From a virus (lineage: Duplodnaviria; Caudoviricetes), in IMG/VR virus record IMGVR_UViG_3300020044_007822, positions 1 to 29,604 of that record: 29,604 nucleotides of DNA, one strand, 5' to 3'. A program made the position numbers and the translations under genes. The first letter of the stretch is position 1. Every line of letters begins with the position of its first letter. Below, piece after piece: positions 8,850-16,495 of the stretch. The notes beneath the pieces were generated by a model. The model searched no databases, had not been told where the DNA came from, and saw nothing but the letters and a program-made list of their open reading frames with translations.

Positions 8850-9218
8850 TCATTGTGGGTCTTTCGCTTGTTCAACTTCAATTTGTTTGTCAATGTTCAA
8901 GAGTTTTCGCGCACACTCAATTTCAACTTCGTGGCGCATTGCGCGTAAGGCCAGCAAGCGCGTGGAAAATAGTCGCTTACCTTCTTGGTAAGCTGTGCGG
9001 TTGGTTTTTGGCATATCTCCATGCCTAATGTATTCAGACCACTGGTGGTCTATTCTGGCGGCGTCTGAATTGAAATCAAATCCCTCTGATGATTCGCCGT
9101 ATTCGACAGGCTTTGGCACATCCTTTTGAACTATTGAAGTCCAGCGCAAAGCAGCAAGCAACTTCGCTTTTGCAATCGCCGCATCAAACTCGGCGCGTTC
9201 TTTTTTGGTCATTGCCAT
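8850..9218 (-). CDS. Hypothetical phage protein
   Basis: ORF with RBS in tightly packed operon. Confidence 0.75.
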   Translation of the reverse strand: MAMTKKERAEFDAAIAKAKLLAALRWTSIVQKDVPKPVEYGESSEGFDFNSDAARIDHQWSEYIRHGDMPKTNRTAYQEGKRLFSTRLLALRAMRHEVEIECARKLLNIDKQIEVEQAKDPQ

Positions 9219-9219
9219 T

Positions 9220-9468
9220 TCAACCTTCCTTCGGTGTAAACGTCATTTTTTCAAGCTTTGCAATCTGCTTTTGCAGACTGGCGATTTTTGCAATGCGCAT
9301 CTGTTCGGCTTTCGCGATGGCCGTGGCTTCGGTGGTGTGCCATTCATTAGTTAGAAAATATGACATCCCCTTTGTCGGCCTAAAAAGCTCAGGGTAATGT
9401 GGTGATGGCGCGCCTTCAATGCAGCTTATTCCACCAGTAAGCGCGTACTTTGTAATCCATACTTTCAT
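9220..9468 (-). CDS. Hypothetical phage protein
   Basis: KVWITKYALT.GI...WH.T...A..KAE.MR..KI.SL.KQI.KLE pattern common in phages. Confidence 0.8.
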   Translation of the reverse strand: MKVWITKYALTGGISCIEGAPSPHYPELFRPTKGMSYFLTNEWHTTEATAIAKAEQMRIAKIASLQKQIAKLEKMTFTPKEG

Positions 9469-9629
9469 TGTTTGCCTTTCGCTGGGTTAAAAATTCGATT
9501 CCAGTGCTTGTCAATCAGGGCTTCAAGCCATGCACGAGACTTGTGATGCGTCATCAAATCAACGATTTGGGAAATCGTCTTGTGACTCAAACGCATCGCC
9601 TTAATTTTGGAAATTTTGTTTTCATTCAT
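9465..9629 (-). CDS. 54-aa basic protein, candidate Cro/ribbon-helix-helix regulator, absent from the ORF track
   Basis: Hand translation MNENKISKIKAMRLSHKTISQIVDLMTHHKSRAWLEALIDKHWNRIFNPAKGKQ; ATGA overlap; first gene of leftward operon. Confidence 0.65.
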   Translation of the reverse strand: MNENKISKIKAMRLSHKTISQIVDLMTHHKSRAWLEALIDKHWNRIFNPAKGKQ

Positions 9630-9772
9630 GTGCATAGCGTACTACACGGCACAAGTAAAAATTTATTCAATGTGTATTACGCGCAAAAATTTTTTGACGT
9701 CTAGTCTAGTATAGTAGAGGCATTGCAGCAGCATAGGGCTGGTGCAGATTTAGGCAACCACTGGAGATTGAA
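9630..9772. promoter_or_regulatory. Divergent promoter region with two inverted operator-like boxes GCGTA-N-TACAC
   Basis: AT-rich gap between divergent operons; boxes at 9637-9647 and 9672-9682; -10-like TATAGT 9710-9715 (+) and TACGCT 9636-9641 (-). Confidence 0.65.
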
Positions 9773-10072
9773 TTGAGAGCAAAAATCACAATCAAGACCA
9801 ACGCCGTAAAGCTGGGTGACTGGCTGTTTGTCAATGGCGTGGCAAGCCCCGTGCGGAGTATTTCCGAGCCCTGCATTGTTCTGAAATTACCGGCCCGGAT
9901 TGCTTATACGAATCGCGGCGAGGTCACTTTGTTTGACGGCGATAGCTGCGAGGGTTTGCAGCACGTCATTGAAGGCATGGTGTACGGCGACAAGCACAGC
10001 CACGACGCAGCGCAGGCCAGCCAGTCACGCGCTTTCAAGCTCCAACTTCAACAGGCCGCAGGGCATTTTTAA
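9773..10072 (+). CDS. Hypothetical protein
   Basis: GGAG RBS before TTG start; first gene of rightward operon. Confidence 0.65.
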   Translation: MRAKITIKTNAVKLGDWLFVNGVASPVRSISEPCIVLKLPARIAYTNRGEVTLFDGDSCEGLQHVIEGMVYGDKHSHDAAQASQSRAFKLQLQQAAGHF

Positions 10073-10074
10073 TC

Positions 10075-10353
10075 ATGAATAAATTTCAATCAGTCAGCTG
10101 CAGCCAGTGCGGCGAATCTTTCGGACCAGGCAACCACGGCTTTTCCCATTGCCAAAACCATGAAGGCAAAACGCCGGAAGTGATTGCTTGCATCACGCAA
10201 ATGCGCGGCGAGTTGGCCCACCGGCTTGAAGCGGAATTTGATATGCGGGAATCCAACGCGCCTCTGTCTGTGATTCTGGCAAAAGTCCGAGCCTACCCCG
10301 CAATTGTCCGCGCCGATGCGCTGATTGCTGAACTCGGTGCGGGAGAAGTATGA
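10075..10353 (+). CDS. Hypothetical protein with CSQCG..FG motif
   Basis: ORF in operon. Confidence 0.7.
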   Translation: MNKFQSVSCSQCGESFGPGNHGFSHCQNHEGKTPEVIACITQMRGELAHRLEAEFDMRESNAPLSVILAKVRAYPAIVRADALIAELGAGEV

Positions 10354-10640
10354 ACGCCCAACACACACCCGAGGCCATCCGGCGAAAAGCCCGCAAGCCT
10401 GGTGCGCATAACCCATTTGGAGCAATTATGAAAAATTCTGAAAATCAAAAGCCAGACGGCGGCCCAGCGTTTCCCGCTCAGTTCTTTGATGAACGCGCTA
10501 CTGGTATGACTTTGCGTGACTACTTTGCGGCAAAGGCTATGCAAGGGCTTTTGTCGTCTGAAACTCAGGCTCCTGCCATAGAGTTTGCCGAAAACGCTTA
10601 CTTGATGGCAGACGCAATGATTAAGGCTCGCCAATCATGA
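10350..10640 (+). CDS. Conserved phage hypothetical protein; true start may be 10428
   Basis: DGGPAFP...GMTLRDYFAAKAMQG...AY.MADAM motif widespread in phages. Confidence 0.85.
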   Translation: MNAQHTPEAIRRKARKPGAHNPFGAIMKNSENQKPDGGPAFPAQFFDERATGMTLRDYFAAKAMQGLLSSETQAPAIEFAENAYLMADAMIKARQS

Positions 10641-10912
10641 ACTACATAAACCGCCTATTAATCAAAACCATTTTGTTCTTAGTCTATGCTGTTGGATTTT
10701 TCGCGATGCTAGTCTACGGCTCATGGGTAGACGACGATACAGCGATGGCCCAAGCTGTAGATGATGACCACTACGAAGCCATGCAGATGGCCCGAGACAA
10801 AGCCGAATGCCGCGCGCGACTTGGCAATGACAGCGCCATGTATTTGATGGATGGTCAGCTTGTTTGCCGGGCTAAAAAAGCCAAGAATCTTGATTCTGTA
10901 AGCTCCAAGTAA
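10637..10912 (+). CDS. Hypothetical membrane-anchored protein
   Basis: N-terminal hydrophobic helix; ATGA coupling. Confidence 0.7.
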   Translation: MNYINRLLIKTILFLVYAVGFFAMLVYGSWVDDDTAMAQAVDDDHYEAMQMARDKAECRARLGNDSAMYLMDGQLVCRAKKAKNLDSVSSK

Positions 10913-10930
10913 GCAGCAAAACCCATAACT
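10898..10930 (+). promoter_or_regulatory. GTAAGC-N5-GTAAGC-N9-CATAACT motif, copy 1
   Basis: Same spacing as copies at 13901 and 14322. Confidence 0.65.
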
Positions 10931-10956
10931 AAGCATCAACACACTGAAAGCACAAG

Positions 10957-11250
10957 ATGAGCAGGAAACCTGCAAAACCAAAGATTGGCGACCTTCGCGT
11001 TTACTGGATGCCGCAGTTGGGCTACGATGCATTTTTTGTCGATGTCGCATCGCCCGACGAGGCCAAGAAGATGCTTGATGTACTGGCTAGCTATGACCAG
11101 TTCCAACTTGATAACCGCATCAAGGGCGATTACTGCAACGCTGGTGGTCTGAATGTATTTGAAGCTGACAACGGAGACGGTGTGCCGGGGTGGTGCGATT
11201 GGTACAGCGAAGACGGCGACGACATTGATGCTTATGAGGTGGAGAAATGA
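10957..11250 (+). CDS. P22 gp17-like superinfection-exclusion/anti-exclusion protein
   Basis: LRVYWMPQ...F.V.V.S..E....LA.YD.FQ.DN.IK.DYCNA.GL matches the P22 gp17 pattern as I recall it. Confidence 0.75.
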   Translation: MSRKPAKPKIGDLRVYWMPQLGYDAFFVDVASPDEAKKMLDVLASYDQFQLDNRIKGDYCNAGGLNVFEADNGDGVPGWCDWYSEDGDDIDAYEVEK

Positions 11251-11531
11251 GCAAGCCAGCATTCACGCCGGGGCCTTGGACTGACAACGGTCGCGATATT
11301 GTCGGGAAAAATGGTAAACGCGTTGCTTTCAGCAATGGCAGCATGGCACATGGCAGCGTTACCAACTTTCCACAAGCCAAAGCAAATGCACAACTTGCGA
11401 TTGCATCTGCTGATTTATTTATGGCCTGCCAGCGATTGCTGACCGTTATGAAAAAGCACGGTCTTGAGAATGACCCAAACGCAGAATTTGCCCGCGCAGC
11501 TCTCGACAAAGCAACCGGAGCTGCGAAATGA
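11247..11531 (+). CDS. Conserved phage hypothetical protein
   Basis: FTPGPW...ANAQLAIASADL...ARAALDKATG pattern. Confidence 0.8.
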   Translation: MSKPAFTPGPWTDNGRDIVGKNGKRVAFSNGSMAHGSVTNFPQAKANAQLAIASADLFMACQRLLTVMKKHGLENDPNAEFARAALDKATGAAK

Positions 11532-11850
11532 CCTACTCAAAACACTGCACACACCAGCCCTGCCCGTCGCCACATAGTTGCGGCGCTGGCAAACTTTCAC
11601 CCTGCCTGTGATTGACAAAACCATGATTCCAGACCACGACGACATGACCTATTCCGGCCAGTTCAATTCCACTGGCATACCGCTTTATCAGGACAACCAC
11701 GACGGCGCAGGCCCGCATGAAGCGCCTTTTGGCTGGGTTGACTGGATTCGTGACCAGGCAATCAATGGCGCGCTTGTGGTGGCCATCTGGGGAGTTGTTG
11801 CTGCAATCGGTATCGGTGCGGCTTATTTGGTTGCCAAGCTGAATTTTTGA
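11528..11850 (+). pseudogene. Probable frameshifted gene for a membrane-anchored protein
   Basis: Coupled ATG at 11528 gives a 27-aa Cys-rich ORF; the overlapping frame 11578-11850 has no RBS and carries a C-terminal TM helix. Confidence 0.5.
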
Positions 11851-11861
11851 GGTGTGGCGTG

Positions 11862-11990
11862 TATAATTTGAAGTGTCATGCCGGGAAGCTGACAAGTCAA
11901 TTTATCGAAGCCGTAAAGGTTTCGGGTCTTCGGGGGATTCGTCCCCCTCCTGCTTCCCGGCGGAGACTCGAAAACCTTTACGGCTTTTTG
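11862..11990 (+). promoter_or_regulatory. Promoter -10 (TATAAT 11862-11867) and attenuator-like leader hairpin
   Basis: Stem of about 22 bp 11908-11930/11962-11986 plus U-tract; loop GCTTCCCGGC (11952-11961) exactly complementary to GCCGGGAAGC (11880-11889). Confidence 0.75.
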
Positions 11991-11999
11991 CGTTTCTAG

Positions 12000-12410
12000 G
12001 GTCTAGTTCCACCCAGATGACAAAGATTTTGGCCAGAAATCTGCCGTTGACAGAATAGACCTTGCCCTAGAGGTGAGTTGAAGTAAATCCCGGGTGACCC
12101 GCCCGCCGCAGAGAGAAATCAAGCGGATATACAGAGCTGACACGAAAGTGTCGATAACCAAGATGTAGCCCAAGTGGTTGCATCTTCTCAGGACAAACAC
12201 CGACACCAGCAATGGTGAAAGTACACGTGAACAATGGGCCATCGCGCACCATCGAGGTTCTCGCAAGTAGTCCTAGGCAGCGGAATAGCCATTCGATAGT
12301 CGTCTTCACAACACGGCACGGCGCTCTGGTAAAGGTTCCATTGATTCGGTCTGAATCCCAATACATGGGGGCAGGCAGGAAAGATGGGTAAGAGGGAGTT
12401 CGTCCAAAAT
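12000..12410 (+). ncRNA. Putative large structured ncRNA upstream of RNase H
   Basis: No plus-strand ORF covering it; GNRA hairpins GACAC-GAAA-GTGTC and CACCA-GCAA-TGGTG; 11-bp G-U-containing stem 12160-12186. Confidence 0.6.
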
Positions 12411-12428
12411 TTATTGAAGGACTTTTGA

Positions 12429-12956
12429 ATGCTTGAAATTTACACAGATGGAAGTTGCAGCCCGAACCCAGGGCCAGGCGGGTGGAGCTTTGTTGTTTAT
12501 GAGAACCACAAGGAAATCCATCACGCATACGGCGGTGAACGCGACACCACGAACAACCGCATGGAGTTCATGGGCATCCTTGAGTCTCTGAAGTGGTTGC
12601 AAGGCCGTGAAGCTGTTATCAAGACCGATAGCGAGTACTGCCTCAACTGCATCACCAAATGGGCTGGAAAGTGGCGCGCTAAGGGCTGGAAGCTGTCTGA
12701 CGGCAAACCCGTAAAGAATGCCGACTTGCTGCAAGACTGCCTCATTCTGAAAAACAACTTTCACCACTTCAAGTGGGTAAAAGGTCATTCAAAAGTCAAA
12801 GGCAATGAGCGTGCCGACAAGCTGGCGGGCATGGGCCGTGCATCACTGACCGATTTACCAATTGCCCCGACAACGATTGACTGGACAAAACACATCAGCA
12901 CAAAACGCCTTGACGCTCTTGCTCGGGCCATGCTTGCTAAACCGCCTGTAATTTAA
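12429..12956 (+). CDS. rnhA: Ribonuclease HI
   Basis: IYTDGSC..NPGPGGW, TTNNRME, TDSEY, W...GWK..GKPVKNADL, WVKGH..GNERADKLA: all catalytic D/E/D/D residues present. Confidence 0.96.
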   Translation: MLEIYTDGSCSPNPGPGGWSFVVYENHKEIHHAYGGERDTTNNRMEFMGILESLKWLQGREAVIKTDSEYCLNCITKWAGKWRAKGWKLSDGKPVKNADLLQDCLILKNNFHHFKWVKGHSKVKGNERADKLAGMGRASLTDLPIAPTTIDWTKHISTKRLDALARAMLAKPPVI

Positions 12957-12968
12957 CCAAGGACTGAA

Positions 12969-13307
12969 ATGACTGAAACCCAAACGCTAATCCGAAAGAT
13001 TAAGGAAAACGTCGCAAAGTACGGCAAGGAAAACAACACCACTTTCCTGATGATTCGGGCCATTGATGCGCTGCACAAGCAAGAAAAGCAACTGCAGGCC
13101 AATACAGCCATCCCCGCAGGCTTCAAGCTGGTGCCGATTGAGCCGACGCAATCAATGGAAATTGCGGGACAAAACGCACATTACAAAGCTGAAAATAAAA
13201 GCAAAGAATCTGGAGCATGGGAAGAAAAAGGTTTTGCGCGCCCGCGCCGGATTACTTGCGCTAATTACGTCTACGCCGCCATGCTTGCCGCAGCCCCTAA
13301 CCCCTAA
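12969..13307 (+). CDS. Hypothetical phage protein
   Basis: IPAGFKLVPIEPT..M...YAAMLAAAP motif common in phage early genes. Confidence 0.8.
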   Translation: MTETQTLIRKIKENVAKYGKENNTTFLMIRAIDALHKQEKQLQANTAIPAGFKLVPIEPTQSMEIAGQNAHYKAENKSKESGAWEEKGFARPRRITCANYVYAAMLAAAPNP

Positions 13308-13317
13308 AGGAAACACC

Positions 13318-13698
13318 ATGAACCCGCAAGTACCACCAGACCAAGGCGATGCAATCCACACCCTCTTAGCTTTGTGGAAACGTCGTAGCCAGCAAGCCTT
13401 CCCGGTTGACGCAATGACCATCAACAAGTGCATCAGGGAACTGGAAGAATGCATTGCCTCTGAGCCAATAGCCCTGCAAGCCAAGCTAGACGAAGCAAAC
13501 CTGCTGGCTCTGAGTCTGCAAGGCCAGATTGTCACGATGATGGCGCAACCGACTGAAGGGTGGCTAATTAAGTACACAAGCCAGATAACCAAAGGGCCGG
13601 AAAGGCTGGTGTTTCAACACAACGCCATTGCCGATTACCGTCAGTTTGACCCTAACGCCACAGTCACCGAGCTTATCCCGCGAGTAAACCCACTATGA
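13318..13698 (+). CDS. Hypothetical protein
   Basis: AAGGA RBS before ATG 13318, in frame with track ORF 13063..13698. Confidence 0.7.
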   Translation: MNPQVPPDQGDAIHTLLALWKRRSQQAFPVDAMTINKCIRELEECIASEPIALQAKLDEANLLALSLQGQIVTMMAQPTEGWLIKYTSQITKGPERLVFQHNAIADYRQFDPNATVTELIPRVNPL

Positions 13699-13904
13699 CA
13701 AACGACGATGCAGAATGCGCCGCGCTTTACCGTTGGCTTCGCGACCAAAAAGGGCTTTCCCTGGAAAGTGATGGTTCGCTTTGGACTGGAAAAGATGGGA
13801 AAGCGTTTCACTCGTCGCACCGTCTTTGTGCAAATGGCACCCACTTTGGGCCATACAAAACGCTTGATGAGACGATAAAAGCAGCGATGAAACTTAAAAA
13901 GTAA
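13695..13904 (+). CDS. Hypothetical phage protein
   Basis: YRWLRD...LDETIKAAM pattern; ATGA coupling. Confidence 0.75.
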   Translation: MTNDDAECAALYRWLRDQKGLSLESDGSLWTGKDGKAFHSSHRLCANGTHFGPYKTLDETIKAAMKLKK

Positions 13905-13933
13905 GCAAGCTGTAAGGCTTGCGGCGCATTATT
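13901..13933 (+). promoter_or_regulatory. GTAAGC-N5-GTAAGG-N9-CATTATT motif, copy 2
   Basis: Same spacing as other copies. Confidence 0.65.
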
Positions 13934-13952
13934 TTTGTTTTAAGGATTTGAC

Positions 13953-14336
13953 ATGAAAGAATTCCCACCGCGCATTATGGCGCTGATAAAAAGAGCATGG
14001 GAAAAAGGATGGGAGGACAGCGAAGGCATGACGTATGTAGACGACGCAGCCGCAGCAATTACTTGGATTGAATCGGCACAGGCTGAACTCACGCAGATGA
14101 TTTTGCCCGATGCAGACCAGCGAGATCTGAACATTGGCCGCGCTATTCAACGAGCTTCGATGGAGTTGCCGGCAACTTGCCTTATCAGTATCGATGTAGG
14201 CATGGGTGTCGGCTCAGTTGTGTGGATTGATGAGGATGGCGATGATTGTGACGAAGGTATTGAATACAGCCATCCATTGGCTACACAAATTCACGCTGCC
14301 ATTGATGCAGCCATTGCAAGCGTAAGCCACAAGTAA
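13953..14336 (+). CDS. Hypothetical acidic protein
   Basis: AAGGA RBS; ORF. Confidence 0.75.
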   Translation: MKEFPPRIMALIKRAWEKGWEDSEGMTYVDDAAAAITWIESAQAELTQMILPDADQRDLNIGRAIQRASMELPATCLISIDVGMGVGSVVWIDEDGDDCDEGIEYSHPLATQIHAAIDAAIASVSHK

Positions 14337-14354
14337 GCATAACCCGGCATTATT
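14322..14354 (+). promoter_or_regulatory. GTAAGC-N5-GTAAGC-N9-CATTATT motif, copy 3
   Basis: Same spacing as other copies. Confidence 0.65.
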
Positions 14355-14378
14355 GGGGTTTAACACTGGAGAGATTGA

Positions 14379-14489
14379 ATGAAAGACTTTTATGAAGCGT
14401 TGAGATTATCTGTACTTGCTGCAATTGAGGAATTCAAGTTTGTCAGGCATATGCAGCGCGGAGGGAATCCCGACATTTTGCCATTTTGA
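14379..14489 (+). CDS. 36-aa small protein, absent from the ORF track
   Basis: GGAG RBS; MKDFYEALRLSVLAAIEEFKFVRHMQRGGNPDILPF. Confidence 0.55.
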   Translation: MKDFYEALRLSVLAAIEEFKFVRHMQRGGNPDILPF

Positions 14490-14547
14490 AATGGAAAAGG
14501 TTTGCCAGCCACCTGTAAGCGCTGACATTTTAATTTAGGTATTTATC

Positions 14548-15198
14548 ATGGGCTTTATTGCAAAAGATTCAGGCGGAGGCGACTTTAAAAAGGTTCCTCC
14601 TGGCGTTTATATCGGTCGTTGTTACTCGCTGATTGACCTTGGTACTCAGTTGAGTTCCGGCCAGTATGGCGAAAAGCTGCAACACAAAATACGCATCGCG
14701 TGGGAACTGTTCGGCGAAGACGAAGCAGGCCACCAGCTGACCACTGTTGTTGATGGCCGTGAAATGCCGTTGACCATCAGCAAGAGCTACACCGTCAGCC
14801 TGCACGAAAAGGCAGGGCTTCGCAAAGACTTGGCAGCATGGCGCGGCAAGGACTTCACAGAGGAAGAAGCCAAGGCTTTTGACGTGTCAAAGTTGCTGGG
14901 CGCTTACTGCATGGTCAATGCCACGACCAGTGAAACCAACGGCAAGACCTACACCAATGTTGCAGGTCTGACTCCACTGCCTGGCGCTCTGAAAAATGCC
15001 AAACCTGCAGCAGTACACGCAAACATCATGTTTGACCTAGACAAGCCAGACATGAAGCTGTTTTCCACTTTTCATGAAAAACTGCAGGATGCTATCAAGA
15101 AAAGCCCTGAATGGGCAAATGTAAACGGCAACCAATCGGCATCATCAAGCGGTTTTGATGACATGCCCGACAGCGCGTTTGAAGATCCACCCTTCTGA
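14548..15198 (+). CDS. Putative phage ssDNA-binding/recombination protein
   Basis: F..VPPG.Y.GRC...IDLGTQ family; acidic tail ending FEDPPF like SSB tails. Confidence 0.7.
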   Translation: MGFIAKDSGGGDFKKVPPGVYIGRCYSLIDLGTQLSSGQYGEKLQHKIRIAWELFGEDEAGHQLTTVVDGREMPLTISKSYTVSLHEKAGLRKDLAAWRGKDFTEEEAKAFDVSKLLGAYCMVNATTSETNGKTYTNVAGLTPLPGALKNAKPAAVHANIMFDLDKPDMKLFSTFHEKLQDAIKKSPEWANVNGNQSASSSGFDDMPDSAFEDPPF

Positions 15199-15200
15199 CC

Positions 15201-15380
15201 ATGGCCCGCGACTACGCCCGAAAGCTGGTGCAAATGCGGGCCTATTACAGAACACCAGCTGGCAAAGCTGCGCATGACAGGGCATATGAAAAGACCCTGG
15301 AGAAGCGCGGCAAGGCCCGAAAAGACACCGCCAAACCTAACCCAGCGCCACTCGTTGCGGCGCTTAAAAACTGGAGATAA
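15201..15380 (+). CDS. 59-aa basic protein, absent from the ORF track
   Basis: Fills the gap exactly: MARDYARKLVQMRAYYRTPAGK...LKNWR. Confidence 0.6.
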   Translation: MARDYARKLVQMRAYYRTPAGKAAHDRAYEKTLEKRGKARKDTAKPNPAPLVAALKNWR

Positions 15381-15382
15381 AA

Positions 15383-15883
15383 ATGAACCTCTACGAATTA
15401 ACTGGCGCACAACACGCGCTACAGGCCCAACTCGAAGCCGCTGGTTTTGACGATCAAACCATTGCCGACACACTGGAATCAGAAGGCGATGCGCTGCTTG
15501 AAAAACGCCTTGGGTATCTGGCCATCATCAAAAGCAAGCGAGCTTTTGCCGCGGCCAGAGCAGCAGCGGCAAACGATATGGCCGCACTTGCAGAGTCAGT
15601 GGCAAAAGACGCGGCCCGGCTTGAAGCCGCATTGCTGGCAAGCATGACAGCAACCGGGGACACCCATATTGTGGGCTTGCAGTTCGAGGCCAAGATTCGA
15701 AAAAACCCGGCATCTGTGGAGGTGTTGGACAGTGCCGCCCTGCCCTTGATTTACTGGCGCACTCCAGAGCCAAAACCACCAGTTGCAGCACCAGACAAAG
15801 CCGCCATAAAGGCCGCGCTGCAGGCTGGGACTGACGTGCCAGGCGCAAAGCTGGTGCAAGGCACACGCCTTGAAGTGAAGTGA
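15383..15883 (+). CDS. Siphovirus Gp157 / Gam-like coiled-coil protein
   Basis: MNLYELT...IADTLES, IRKNPASVEV, PDKAAIKAALQAG.DVPGAKL motifs. Confidence 0.88.
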   Translation: MNLYELTGAQHALQAQLEAAGFDDQTIADTLESEGDALLEKRLGYLAIIKSKRAFAAARAAAANDMAALAESVAKDAARLEAALLASMTATGDTHIVGLQFEAKIRKNPASVEVLDSAALPLIYWRTPEPKPPVAAPDKAAIKAALQAGTDVPGAKLVQGTRLEVK

Positions 15884-15929
15884 CCTGCCGCATGGCTAAG
15901 CAATCAGCTGAACCCCACTGAAATTAATT

Positions 15930-16040
15930 TCCCCGTGACAGCAATCCCAAAGCCGCTTATATCTAATTCACGGCAACGGGTAGGCTTGTAGTAGGGCCGC
16001 GCTGTCACTTTGCAGGGTTTATGAGGCCCTGCTTTTTTAT
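15930..16040 (+). promoter_or_regulatory. Terminator/attenuator or small RNA with loop-seed complementarity
   Basis: Stem 15991-15998/16025-16032 plus U6; loop GCTGTCAC (16001-16008) complementary to GTGACAGC (15935-15942). Confidence 0.6.
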
Positions 16041-16096
16041 TATGTAGGCGCCGTGTAAGTCTGACATGGGGAATTTGAGTTTTAAACGAGGCAAAC

Positions 16097-16495
16097 ATGA
16101 AACTAGTCACTGCATACAGAACACCAGACGGCAAACTTTTTGAATCCAAAGAGCAAGCCCAAGAACACGAGTTCGGTCAGTTGCTGACTGACCGACTTGA
16201 TGAATTTAGCAAACAAGATGATTGCCCCCACCCAGACGGAGTTGCAAATTCTCAAATGAGAAAAAGCATCATTGCATGGGAACGCGCAAAGCAAAATCTT
16301 GAGCGTGCTGGCAGCATTGATAGCCTTCAGTTGACGGTTCGGACTTCAAATTGTTTGAAAGCCGATGGAATCTACACCATTGCAGATTTGATTCGGCGCA
16401 CTGAAAACGAGTTGCTGAAAGCCCCAAATATGGGCCGCAAATCACTGGATGAAGTCATTGAAGTTTTGAAACAGAAAAATCTTGCGCTTGCTTAA
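16097..16495 (+). CDS. RNA polymerase alpha C-terminal-domain-containing protein
   Basis: [48 protein letters not shown] closely parallels the RpoA CTD; N-terminus [16 protein letters not shown] is phage-type. Confidence 0.9.
   Translation: MKLVTAYRTPDGKLFESKEQAQEHEFGQLLTDRLDEFSKQDDCPHPDGVANSQMRKSIIAWERAKQNLERAGSIDSLQLTVRTSNCLKADGIYTIADLIRRTENELLKAPNMGRKSLDEVIEVLKQKNLALA

Noticed and set aside
9468-9704. Plus-strand 78-aa ORF as repressor
   Set aside because: No HTH or RBS; overlaps the better-supported minus-strand 54-aa ORF and the promoter region
12003-12788. Minus-strand ORFs 12003..12266, 12067..12528, 12411..12788
   Set aside because: Antisense to a plus-strand operon, overlap RNase H, no recognisable motifs
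12000-12956. Retron, DGR or group II intron
   Set aside because: No reverse transcriptase (YxDD) ORF in the window, no TR/VR pair and no recognisable domain V
630-15378. Recurrent ACTGGAG (about 632, 5515, 9761, 14365, 15370) as an operator
   Set aside because: Mostly explained as Shine-Dalgarno context just upstream of start codons
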